A stretch of DNA of 64,000 bases from NCBI RefSeq assembly GCF_964204645.1, contig NC_134027.1, forward strand, positions 8,278,485 to 8,342,484. The letters run 5' to 3'. The stretch's first letter is position 1. Each line of letters opens with the position of its first letter. This stretch comes from Tubulanus polymorphus (Eukaryota > Animalia > Nemertea). Both the position numbers and the translations under genes were made by a program. Below the pieces are notes generated by a model, which made no database searches, was not told where the DNA came from, and saw only the letters and a list, made by a program, of their open reading frames with translations. Of the stretch, positions 36,490-49,324 are shown in pieces.

Positions 36490-39147
36490 TGCTGGTTCTC
36501 ATTTCTCGAGGCCTGATTTCTGATTTCCTGTAAAGTTCCATTGATGGTTCGAGCTTGTTTTGCATTGCATTTCATTTCTTGTAATTCACAAACCGCAACT
36601 AAAAATGTATGTGTTGTTAAATCTATGAAAAAAAGTAGTTGTGTGCCTTCTTATTAACAAGTTTCAAAAGGTTTGATGCAGTTTCGCGGATTCTATTTAA
36701 GCTTCACTCCGTGCAGATATATGACCGGGTCCTGAGGTGACACAATGGCGATTGACATTGATTGGCCTTGATCAAATTCGAATTCGATTTGCTTGAAGTT
36801 ATTTAACGCTTGAATCTTGAAAAAGCAGTGCAGTGTATAGTATGATGTTTTCATAGTAAATTATGTCCATGAACTGTGATGATAATCCTTTTTTATATGT
36901 TGGATCTAATGGTGACTAACGTAGATTTTAGAATACTCAAAACTTTTGGGCCATACGTTACAGAATAGAACGCTTAGCTACCTCTTAGGCAAAATTCTGC
37001 AAACTGCTTTCACTCAATTTTAGATAAAGGTTTTCGGTTGAGAATTTTCATTTCATTTTGATCATGACATCAATAAATGAAGCCCGAGCATTTCTGTAAC
37101 TGTGACTCAGAATATTTGTACTTATGTAGTCTGTATATATAATATGCTTTCGTGTGTGCCTGTTATTGTGATACTTGGTCTGTCGCTGCAATGCAGATCT
37201 TTTGGAACTTGTTGATCAGTGCGTCAAAGAAGGGTGGTTTTGGGGTTTTTCTTTTTTCGAAATGGCTACTAAAGGAATACACCCTTTCTATTAAGAATTT
37301 GAAACTTTTTCACTAGTAGTACTTCCTGCATTCATTGTATAAAGCAACGACCACTTCAAGGTTTGCGCTTCATTATTTCAAATACTGGTAAAAACTTTGT
37401 TGTGGTGACAGTTTTGTACTGCTTTTATTTAGAAATCGAAAAAAAAAATGTTGCTACATCATCATAACAATGTAGTGGTAATTATCATGTGTTTTGCGTT
37501 GCTGTATAATACATAGGTCTACATTCGAGGAGCAAGTGAATGAATCAAAATCTTCTAAAGAGAGATGTAGACTGATGTCAATCAGTAATTGTTGGATGCT
37601 CAGAAATAGGTCTAAGTTTGAATCTTTCACTCTTTTCAACTTGAACGTACTGTTGTTTTATGTTGTACTTTTCAAGAATGATTCAGATACTGATTCAGAT
37701 GCTTTAATGGCCTAACCAACTGACTTCATGAGCAACCAAACTTAAGTTGCCAGACACCGAGATGTTCCCAGATGATGGGCTCCGAGATGGGCTCAGGCCA
37801 GCCTGGCCTGATAGGGTTAGATATTTCTTACTGGTAGTGCATCTGATAATTAACTGCCTATCACGAGGCAGGAGCTCCTTGGATCCGCCACTGGACATTT
37901 TGAACTAGTCTTTGTATAAAATTGGGCAGGATTAAGCTTCCTTCTCTACTGCTGATAAGGTATTGACCACAATGGGTATGTCATAACATGTACAAACTTA
38001 CTGTCGATCTACCAGAAAAATGTTTGACAGCCAAATGTACTAGCAAATCTATGGTACCAAGTAGAGATTCCAAAAAATGATGCCCATTTTGGTTAGTAAA
38101 GCTTATTGAAGAATTTTATTGTATGCAAACCTTTGTTAAAATGTTTATTTATAATATGATGTACGAAGTTATCTCAATAATTTTTGTAGGAATTATTTTA
38201 ACAGCTTCCGGTTGATGAGCGCATATAATTCAATCAATTGGTTATTCATTAGTAAAACAATTACGCAATTTTTGGTCAACAATTATACCATTGCTTCTCA
38301 ATTTTAGCGACAATGTTCATTAGTTTTTTGTTGAACCCGAAATATCATCATTATTATAATAATCTTTGACTACTTACTGGTGGTGTTTGCTTGCTTTTTT
38401 CGGGTCTGTGCTACCACTGAACAGGTTAACCATAATTTTGTAGATAGTGAAAAAGTTTATTTATATTCTATATGGACTGCACGTTTGTATGGAACATGTG
38501 TAAAGAAATGACCAAATTATATTATATTATACTAGTTGCTGTCTTGTAAATGTCCTTTCGGGGCTATATTGGAATTAAGGTAAAATTTCATTGCAAAAAT
38601 AAAAAGTTTCGAAAAGCATCCAGAAATTGTTCAGTGTATTTTTCTCCGTTTTTGCGTGATGACTCGCGTGAATTCTTGGATCTGGTTATTTAAGGCGAGA
38701 TGTAAGATTGAGTTAAAGGCATCTAATTATGCGCTTTTGGACTTAATCTTGATAGAAACTATCCCCTAGAAGTTCACACTGATGCAGACCCATATCGCTT
38801 TGTGATAATCTTTCTGTAAAAATTCTCGGCAGGTGCCGGTCCATGCAGTAAGTTTGTTACCTTATAATTAAAGATTTATCCTCTTAAGATTAGCATGGTA
38901 AACATAAGCCCTTGAGGACAAGAATGCAAATGCGTATAATTTTCAAGAACAAATGATTTATTTTTTAGAAAAACAATGTACTGGTAGTGTTTGTTTATGT
39001 CAGATTTTAATCATATTTACAGCTTTTGCACAGGTATGTAGCACACATCAGAAAACACTACTAATCGAATCTTATATACCAGTTACTAATATATACACGA
39101 AATGATCATCAACTGTCTATTATATGAAATGCATGTTTCTTTTCTTT

Positions 39148-39928
39148 TCACAATTGACGGTCAATTTGCTGGTGGACCATGGCAAACTGATGATTGGAGA
39201 CGTTCACTTCAGATTCTGTATTCACGTGCGGCAAGTCGTCATTATGCACATCAACCGAGGTCTCTACCTTCACGATTTGACTCAGCAACAGTTTCATATG
39301 ATTTCGTAACTCTCGAATGTATTCCGTGAAACGAAACAACGTTGTCTCCAAGGCAGCCTTTTTAACGTGTAACTGTAACAGGTGAACAATGTGGCCGCGC
39401 CTCTCAGCTATTACCATTCTACTGCCTAATCTCATTAATTCGGTTCCTGTGAAATAAAATAAGGACATTGATGATACTAAACTGGAAACAGTATTCATAA
39501 AAAAGCTGCAGCTTAATCGTCATAAAGAAGTTACGGTATGGATAAGCCTAAATCCCATTATATGCAGAATTTAAGAAATCTGATGATCTGTAGTGAGAGT
39601 TTGAAACGTTGTGTATTTTGATTTCAATTAACTTCACAATCATTATTCTAATGTAAATTTGAATGAAATACTCATTTTCAAAATACAGCGTAAAGAAGAG
39701 CAACTCAGTCATGGACATATGAACTACAGTTTATACATCCATGGCATTACCATATGTATGTGATATTTGACATAAAAAATTTTTTTTTTGATAATGTCTT
39801 TTTCACTTACCTATTACATTCAGTTGTTCAATTGCTTTATTATGTTTCTCCAATAATTTTCCCAAGAAGAAAACCATTGGTAGATCTACTGCTGAGAGTT
39901 CAGTGTCCTGATACGATGCACTATCCAT
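39148..39928 (-). CDS. Two-exon 138-aa uncharacterised helical protein
   Basis: Exon 39928-39811 (MDSASYQDTELSAVDLPMVFFLGKLLEKHNKAIEQLNVI G|GTAAGT) joins in matching phase to TTTCACAG|exon 39446-39148 (GTELMRLGSR...QQIDRQL*). AATAAA on the minus strand at ~38957-38962. Confidence 0.68.
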
Positions 39929-40562
39929 ATTTGACGGTCTTTCTATGTTGTATAAGCAGAGATCTATCGGTCAAGTGTCCTGTGGCTATCATCTACACAA
40001 ACTAGATATTCTTCCGATAGTGTACCTTTATTTATGACAGTATTTAGTTATTTAGGCATCAAAACAATTGGCATAAACCACTGCATCATATCTGGTTGGC
40101 TGGTTAATATAAATGAACCACTAATTGATGTTACAAATATCTTGTAAGCACCAAATGTAATGTAGGGGAACAGAGTTTAATTCAAAGAGAAAACAATTCT
40201 AATCAACTCCGTTAATTGCCTGGGTCAGCGAAGGATGAAAGTTTTAGTGCAAGCTCCTCAATCCAGCTAATTCTTCAATTCAAGCAAATATAATAGAACA
40301 ATCATCCTTAGCCATATCATTCATTATATAGATGATGTTATCAAAACCATTAATGAAAAAGACACATCTTAGTTTTACATATATTAAAATAAATATATTT
40401 ATCTCATTTTATACAAAAATTGTACAAATTTGTATGTACATATATACAAGTCGATTGTATTTACACTAGTATATTACAAATTTAAGCACACTAATAAACC
40501 AATATATTATTTTAGAAATATATTATGACTATACAATCAGTGTGTGTGAATAACAAGGAGTT

Positions 40563-42685
40563 TCAAGAGTTCTCATTATTGACGCGTTTTCGTTTACGAA
40601 ATCTAGAAACCATGTGCGACGTATCGAGTTTTTCCGTTTCTCGTGTTTCCCATCGTTTGAAATCTTTCAGTCCTAACTGTCCGTATTTGTAAATGACTTT
40701 TTCGAGTTCGTCTAATTTCGACATGATTTTCGCGCCGTCTTCGAAGTACGCGTTTTGCGAACAGTCCATTATACGTCGAAATCGGCCCTGAAATGTCTGA
40801 AAAAAAAATCAATGAAAATTTAAACGATGCATTAGTTTCAGTCGTGATTTCTAAAAATAAACCATTATGATATTCAAAAACTTAATGAAAATCAATCCAC
40901 TCAAACAACCCAAAAATCAATCCAGAAGTATATCACCTGATATATCGTTCTAATTGAAACTGCTATTTCGAGAGACATTTTGGATTGAGACATTAGCTTC
41001 TAATATATTGTACACAATATATTGTATTTTTCTAACTTCTGACACATTGAATTGTTATTGCAAAACCTATTGTTTCATTCACAATTGTTGGTTCTGTGCA
41101 AAATGAATTTTACTAAGATATTTTCTATACAGCAGGATCCACTTAATTTGGATCATTCAGGACCAACAAAATAAATATGGATGAAAAGTAATTTTCTGGT
41201 ATATTAATGAACAAATGGACTACAAATATTTTCTGAATTAGAACAAGAAGCCGATCCGGATAAAGCGGGTTTGACTATACTTACTGTAAGTAACGTTTTC
41301 GCAATATCAGTAGATTCGGTGTGGCCAAAGCTAAGCAGCTGTGTTCCAAATGTATAGAAGTAAGGCCCCATTTTATGTAAATCGACGACATTCGGATCTG
41401 CTTGGTAAATATGTCTGTTACCTTCTCGATATTGTTTCGGTATTTCTATACTGACTATATGTCTTTTCCGACTGCACAAAGCTCGTGCAAGCCAATAAGG
41501 AAGCTCCAGTTTCGAATTAGCGCTCAAGTCTTCGCTGTCAGCACTCGGATCCAAGAAACCTGTCAAATGAGAAATCGGGTACGTTCATGTATGTTCAATT
41601 GTGAAAGGGAAGATTATTTTTGGCAAAAAAAGCCAAATATTGAAAAGTGTGATAAATTGAGAAGTCAGACAGACCCAGGCTAACTAACATAAAAAAGCAA
41701 AAGTGGTCTAGTACCTAGCCGTTGTTCCTGGAACCGTAACAACGACTGGAATTCAGACTAGAGGAAAAGGTGCTTTTTCAACAATAGGCTACATGAAAAG
41801 AATCAAGCAAAGAATCTGTATTTTAAATAATTTTGAATATCATATGATATTCAAAATTATATAAAATACAGATGGTGCCATGAAAACTTAAAACATTTTA
41901 ATTGGAGAAAAGAATTAATCATACAATCATTTATTGATTAAAATTTCATTTGATTTTGATTGACCACTAGTTACTGTCTATTTATTAATTGATGAGACCT
42001 GTTTTTCTTGGATATTTTGCTTACTTTTTGGGGTACATACCTCATTTATGTCTTAACAGAATGCCAAAAGTCGCGGACAACAACTGAATATCCGATATAT
42101 TTCCAGTTCTGTACCAATTAGATGGATTGGCAAAAAGACTCCTTAAGTCCAATTGAATGAGAGAGAAAATCCTCCATTTTGTGAAATTTCTTGAATTTTT
42201 ACATTGTCACCATGCCTACGAAATGAAGTTATTTTTCTTGTGGGGTCTCAACAACTAAATCAGGGTGGCGTAGGCATGGTAACAATGTTCAAATCCAAGA
42301 AATTTGACAAAATGGAGGATTTTCTCTCTCATTAAACTGGACTTAAGGAGTCTTTTTGCCAATCCATCTAATTGGTACAGAACTGGAAATATATCAGATA
42401 TTCAGTTGTTGTCCGCGATTTTTGGCATTCTGTTAAGACATAAATGAGGTATGTACCCCAAAAAGTAAGCAAAATATCCAAGAAAAACAGGTCTCATCAA
42501 TTAATAAATAGACATTAGTACACAGACAGTCACTGAGAAAGATGAAAAGTTTTTATCATACCTAAACGCTTAACTGGCGTAATAAACTTGCAAGGAATTC
42601 TTTCTTGCGATGATAATATATCATCTATACTGAAGTAATTTTCCCTGTAACCCGAACTGCGGTCATTCGATAGAGAATTAGACAT
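40563..42685 (-). CDS. GINS3: DNA replication complex GINS subunit Psf3, 3 exons
   Basis: Exons 42685-42562, 41559-41285, 40797-40563: NYFSIDDILSSQERIPC, GFLDPS, KLELPYWLA, ADPNVVDLHKMGPYFYTFG, TFQGRFRRIMDCSQNA. Confidence 0.95.
41974..42515. mobile_element. Foldback MITE in GINS3 intron 1, ~247-bp arms, TA-flanked (Tc1/mariner-like)
   Basis: TA|CTGTCTATTTATTAATTGATGAGACC ... GGTCTCATCAATTAATAAATAGACAT|TA; arms nearly identical, ~48-bp spacer. Confidence 0.9.
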
Positions 42686-43366
42686 ATTTTTTCACTTTTT
42701 CAATCAAATTTTGTATAAAAGATGTAAAGTAGGTCAACTTTTGAATTCCGCGGTCACTTGGGAATTGCTAATTTGTTTTAATAGCCTTTTATCCCCGAAA
42801 TTCCAAACTCATTATATATATTATGTTCCTGTTTTATCATCTATTTGTATACTCAAGCTATGTTCATTATATTCTATAAATCAGTATAAGAGTAAATTAC
42901 TTTTTGCTGCCGGCAATAATAAAATTAATTGAATTTTGTGCTCGAATTGTCCGCTCACATTGAACTTCTTTTTACGCGTGGTAATACAATTTTGAATAAA
43001 TGTTTGAACAATTACAATCATTGATCTTGCAACAAGCTTGCAACATTTCATTTCATTTTATTTAGTGTAAAAAGAAATCTGCTAATTGTTGAATTCACAA
43101 AAATGGCTTTCAGATAACGTACTATTTTGCACACCAACCCGGAAGTAAAACTTCGGCCTTTCTGTTTACGGAAATCAAAATGGTGTCGTAATTAATGAAG
43201 TTTTTATCTCTACTTCTTGAATTATGGCCAAGACACCGACGTGTAACAAGCGGGCACCTACTTGACAGCACGTTTCGAATACGTGACATTACTGAAACCT
43301 GGAATAACTAGTTTAAATCGACAACCCAACGTTGCTAAAACGGATTTAAGTCGTCGAATTGTCATC
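42686..43366. promoter_or_regulatory. Probable bidirectional promoter GINS3/AMFR
   Basis: Head-to-head ATGs ~680 bp apart; ETS-type CCGGAAGT near 43139 and TTTTACGCGT near 42970. Confidence 0.55.
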
Positions 43367-46300
43367 ATGCCTGTCGTTTTGTTAGAACGTTTACCCCTTC
43401 CTAGTTTACAGACATATACGACGTTCAGCGTCGTTTTGTTGGCGTGTGCTATTATCTTCGCGCATCAGAACGTGACGGATACATCGCTTGCTTCTAATGA
43501 CACCGTTGAAGCGGTTGCGGGCGGCGCCAATTCAGCTGATGAAGCCGGTGGCGGCGGCAGTCTCATCGCTGACGGAATCCTCATCAAATTCAGAGAATGG
43601 GATGTGTATTTTTCGAGTATGTTTTCTCTGCTGATGTCTGAAACGTGGTGTGTGTGGGTAAGTGTTTTTTTACGGGTACCACTGAAAAAATGAGTTTAGA
43701 TTAGTTTATATCGTATTCTTTATTTCATTTTCAGACGCTGATAAATATGGCGTATTGTTGTTTGATTTTGGTTGGTAAGACAATACAGAACATGGTGTTC
43801 GGGGAACTTCGTGTCAGTGAGCAACAGGTAATGTCGGTTTTCATCATCTTCTACGCCTCATTCTATCTTAAAAAATATCCTGTTGTATTAATGCTCATTT
43901 CCAACTTAGATATTCGCATGTCGATATGCCTTTGATTACAATTCTATCATCATTGACAGTTTGTTCTTGTTCATTTCAGCACATTCGTGATAAGTTCTGG
44001 AATTTCGTTTTCTACAAGTTCATTTTCATCTTCGGCGTAATGAACGTGCAAAATATGGATGAAGTCGTGATGTGGTGTGGCTGGTTCTCAGTTCTCGGCT
44101 TTTTGCATCTTCTTTCACAACTCTGCAAAGATCGCTTCGAGTATGTAAGTAAAATCATTTTCCGTATGCGGTCTCGATTATCGATCGAATACGGGGTATT
44201 TTTGGCCCATCGTGATTAAATTGAGAACTACTCTGCGTGAGGTATTATTTAATTAGCGACGTTAGCTACAAATTTGCTTATTAGCCACATTCTAATAACA
44301 CGGTAATATCTCGTGTAGTCTCAATCAGAGAGGGTACCTTAATTAATTGAATACACGAATACAGTAAACGATATGTGCAGTAGTTGCCTAGATATAGCAT
44401 TACTCACCTTGGTCATTGGTAGTTAATAGTTCTTGGGATTATCCAATTTATATCCATGTACACTTCGTTTTTAATTTAAAAAATTCTTATTCGAGACTAC
44501 AATGTTGCTAGTGTTTATTTTTCGATGAATTGATGATTAGAATGATTTATGAAAAAAAGAAATGAAATCTAGTTACTCATATTTATACCAGGGTCCTTAT
44601 GTTTCCTTAGATTCCTATCCTATTATATGAATATCCTAAAATCCAAAAATTCTAATAATAATTATGTCAAATTTTTGACAAACTTTTAGGGGTGAAATAA
44701 CCTAAAATTCTGAGATCCCCTCAAATCCCCCATAAATTATGAAATTTTTCAACTCAATCTATGAATGCAACTCTGTGATTATGCAAAGTCAATCAACCAG
44801 ACTGTCCAGTTGGTCCCAGAAAATTATCCATGTCTCCAAAAGTTGCTTGGGGCGCTATCTATCCCCTGAAAAGCGTATATAAATTAGTATGATAAGATAT
44901 TTCATGATGCCGAAAGGAAATTGTGTTTTCAATGAAATTCCTCTGTTAATTATGTTTGATCAGAGCGGCATGAATGAATATTACACAAAAATAGACTCCT
45001 AAAATTGTGAGAAAATGACCTAAAATTACCCTAGAATTGACTTCAGTTGACTGATGCCTTGGAACCCTGTATAAAGACATGGCAGATGATTGATTATCAT
45101 GTGTTTTTTCAGTTATCGTTCTCACCAACGACCCCGAAATGGACTCATATTCGTGTGTTGATGCTACTAGTTGGAATATTGATTCTTTGTGGTCTATTGA
45201 TAGCGGTCTGCATACTGATCGGAATCCAGACTGATTTTAACACGTTTGCTTTCATGGTGGCTGAGGTGAGCAATCATTTCTTACGTGACCATTCCAATAG
45301 TTTATTTTTCGAGATGAAAAATTTTTTTATTTCGTAATAGTCAAAATTCAATTTCTACCAGTTACTTCTTGACCTTGTCGTGTAAATGGATTAAGTTTGA
45401 TTGACGGATAATATGTCTAAAGCAGTTAAAGTTAAATGTGTTGAACCTCATTCATTTCCCATTATTGTTTTGATATATTTTAGTGCGTATTACTTATCAT
45501 CAACACCCTCTACGTCATATCCAGGTAAGCTATGACACATTTGACCGAAGTACTACACCTAGTTTATGGACTTTATTAGACTTAATAGATAAGAAACTGG
45601 TTTTTCGTGTGACTTTTATTCAGTAAATCAAATATAGATAAATTATTTGACTTAATACCTTGAAATGCTAGTTCAATAATTGTATTAAGAGGAAATATTT
45701 TTAATGGTATTGCGAACAATACCCGAGTAGACGCAAAGCTAGCTTAAGGATTGTCTGCGGCAATGATAAATACGGTAACAGGTGGTGTTCCTGGAACTGT
45801 GTACAGACGAATGTTGATATCAATTGCACAAAACAAGTGCACTTTTATTACCACTGATGATATTATTCTAGGTAGGCCTATTGTGTATAAAAAAAACCAT
45901 AATCACCAGTAGAATGCAAACTCAAAACCATTTCTTAATTGATTTGGTTATGAGTACTGTAGTAGAAATGGATCGATTCCTATTCTAGAGTCACTAATAC
46001 AGAATTCAAACTCATCATCTTCTACGCCTCAATTTATCTTTGAAACATCTTAAACCATGTCTATAAAGAAAAATAAGTAATTTTGAGCTCAAATAATGGA
46101 CTTTGCCTTCAATGTGGCTGTGTGAAAAAATTTCTGCAAATAAGTTTTCTTGGTTCGTCTAGCCCACAATCTCCCAGTCTCTAACTTGGATTCATTGTTG
46201 CAGATATAGTATACATCTATTCGATATCAGCCAGGAGGGAGTGTGGGAAAATAGAAGCATTTACAACTACTATACCGAGTTGATTTTCGAGCTTGCTGCA

Positions 46301-49300
46301 TTGTCTGTAGATTTCGCACATCATTTGCACATGTTGGTAAGTTCTTTATGTAAATGATGATATACAACCAAAGTCAAAGTAACGCCATCCTTTTTAATGT
46401 CACTGCTCACTTTTTTTCAGAGAACAAATTTGCCCAATCTAAATATAATTCAATGAAAATACCATTCTTTATATCGCCATATTCGTAATAATGCCATCTA
46501 TTTCAGTGCTTCCAACAGTGGCGTTAGTTTGAAACCAAAAATCATGTTGAAAACTTTGTATTGATTTTCCTTCAAAATTGATGATCTCTCTTCCAGATTT
46601 GGGGCAATATTTTCTTGAGTATGGCTAGTTTGGTGATCTGTATGCAGTTACGTTATTTATTTTACGAGTTCCAGAGAAGAATAAAGAGACACAAAAACTA
46701 CATAAAAGTTGTGAATAGCATGGAGGCCAAGTATGTTTGTATTTCGATTCTGAATTGTTGCAATTGTTAATGTATGGCATTTGTCTCATAAACTAATCAG
46801 TCTTGATTTTATAATCTCAGGTTTCCGATTGCCACTGCTGACGATTATTCTAGTACAGATGATTGCGCGATCTGTTGGGATAAAATGGAAATGGCTCGAA
46901 AATTGCCATGTGGCCACATATTTCATAGGTATGTTTGTTCATACATATACGCCATGGTAATGAACTAGTTCAATTCTATTTCTACTTGCATCACCCATAA
47001 GAAAGGCAGGGTCCCTATGACCACTTGATTCCTTTAATACTTCTAAACAGAAAATGCTTGTAAAAGTGCTTGAAACTCCTTTGATTTGAGCCAAATGCCC
47101 GAAGCTGCTTTAAAACTCCTAAGGCCAGGGTATCTTTTACCAAATTAGGCAGTTACCAAATAAGAAATCGAGTTAAGTAGTGTACAGTAAAGGATAAAGA
47201 TTTGCTGATAAAACCATCAAATTAACGGTTTACCAAGATAAACATAACCGATTTAGGAGGAGTCTACTGTAAATTAGACATGAAAGTGATACACACACTC
47301 CTCGAAATATGAAATTTTCTTTTCTTATTTCCTTAAACCCCTTATTTCCTGGAATGACCGATCTGTAGGGACACTGATAGGTCTTCGTTGAGGATAAATT
47401 TTGCGCTTACATTTGACTTTCAAACATTTGTATATTTGATTGCAGCTCTTGTTTACGATCATGGCTGGAACAAGATACAACGTGTCCGACTTGTCGAATG
47501 TCGTTGAGTGATCCTGGCGAAGAAACTCCTCCCGTCCAAGAAGAACGAGGAGCTGGAGACGCCGACCGACAAAATCCCCAAGATTCGACAGCCAACCATT
47601 TCTTCCACTTCGATGGTAAATAGATACATGAAAACAGATGAAATCATGTTGTTAAATATATATATATGTATGTTACGCTGTATCGAAATCGTGATGATAT
47701 CGTGGTATGTATCTCTCATTGAAGGATCGAGATATGTGAGCTGGTTGCCTAGTTTTTCGGTCGAAGTCACTCACACTCAATTCCTTGGAAATGTCCGTCG
47801 TCAAAACATCACGCCAAATCAGACATCTCAGTTAGATCATATGGTGAGTATTAGGATTCTGTCTATAGCAACAATATTTTCTCACATATACTGAAGTATC
47901 CCAAATATTTCAAATAATGCTATGTACTATAAATACCGTAAGACAAATTATTTCATTAACAATTATCTTTTCACGAATTAGAATATGATGGGATATGATT
48001 TATGAACTATAGTATGGGTGACATAGATATGTCTGTAGAATACAAGAAACAGAATTAAGCTTTAAATTATATGAAAGCTGTGGTGTTCATTTCAGGCGAG
48101 ACAAGTACAAGGCGTATTTCCTAATGTGTCAATAGAAACTATTCAAGAGGATCTCCGAGTGACATTTTCTGTTGAACAGACAATTGAAAACATTCTGGAA
48201 GGGCGATTGATTTCACCACCAGTAAGTTCATCATAAGTGTCTCAGATAAAGCTTCAGGCTCTACTTTTTCTGTATGGTTAAGTTGGGCTGAGTGAATGAT
48301 TGAGCTATTTGAATATTTGTGCACTGAAGCTTTATGGCCATTTTGCAGTATTAAGTATTTTATTTCGTGTTTGTTTTGTTTCGCTTTTACAAAATATTTT
48401 TATACTCGATAGACCAGCGCATTTGCAACACTGACCACGACCAGTCCGGTATATTCAGATGCTATATCAACTGAAGCAGAAGAAGAGGTAACCAAAGCTG
48501 TTTGCTCCCTCACATATTTTAACTTTCTTCGCTCCTATTTGACAAGCTTTCATGTTCGCCTTTTTCCGTGTTTAAGGATGTTGCGCTAAGCAATACGGAA
48601 GATCATAACATCATGTCGACATCTGAATTTGATAGTTCTCATCGAATTGAAGCTAATTTCATAGCGGACGAGTTAGATTCTAGTTCTGTCAGTAATGAAA
48701 GGTGAATACTGTGCTTTAGATCCATCGTACATGGAGCTCTATTTAAACCTTATTGCAAGTATGGCTTTTCTGATCTTTCTGCTTACCTTTTCCAGCAATG
48801 ATGAACCTGTAGCTGCACCTGCCGGTGTCAGATTTTCAAAATCATCATCAGAGAGGGAACAGATTTTAATGAATAGAAAAGAAGATATGATTCAACAAGC
48901 AAAAAGGTACGTGTATACCACCAGTTTTTTTTTGGGAAATCTGTTGAAAATTAGCTCATTTCTTGGAATCATTGTTGCAACCAGAATTGAACATTGATTA
49001 TGTTGAAACCGGAGAAGTTTATGAAGGAATGTTCAAAATATCAAAACGCATTCAGATAGCTGAACACTTGCCTATACTTTGTACTGGTGTTGCGCAATTA
49101 TATACAAAATGTAGTCTTTGCATATATTTATATGACTTTTGTTTGTTACTGTTCATAGAAAGTATATGGCCAAGTTGAATCTCCCTACAACTTCGAGTAC
49201 AAGCACTAGTACGACATCTACACCAGTTGATAGTCACGATCTGCTTCAACCGGTGAATAGCCGCGAGTTAGCATACCAGGCGGCCCAACGACGTATCACT

Positions 49301-49324
49301 CGAAATCTTAACACGGATACGTAG
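43367..49324 (+). CDS. AMFR: E3 ubiquitin ligase AMFR/gp78, ~15 exons
   Basis: MPVVLLERLPLPSLQTYT; DKFWNFVFYKFIFIFGV; RING-H2 CAICWDKM...[44 protein letters not shown]; G2BR SKSSSEREQILMNRK; VIM RELAYQAAQRR. Confidence 0.95.
47228..47378. repeat. Fragment of the same dispersed repeat family
   Basis: TTACCAAGATAAAC, GAGGAGTCTACTGTA..GACATGAAAGTGAT and GGAATGACCGATCTGTAGGGAC match 29437-29500 and the reverse complement of 2795-2895. Confidence 0.75.

Noticed and set aside
43262-43366. N-terminal extension of AMFR from the TTG start in the ORF track
   Set aside because: Non-ATG start; family similarity begins at the ATG at 43367.
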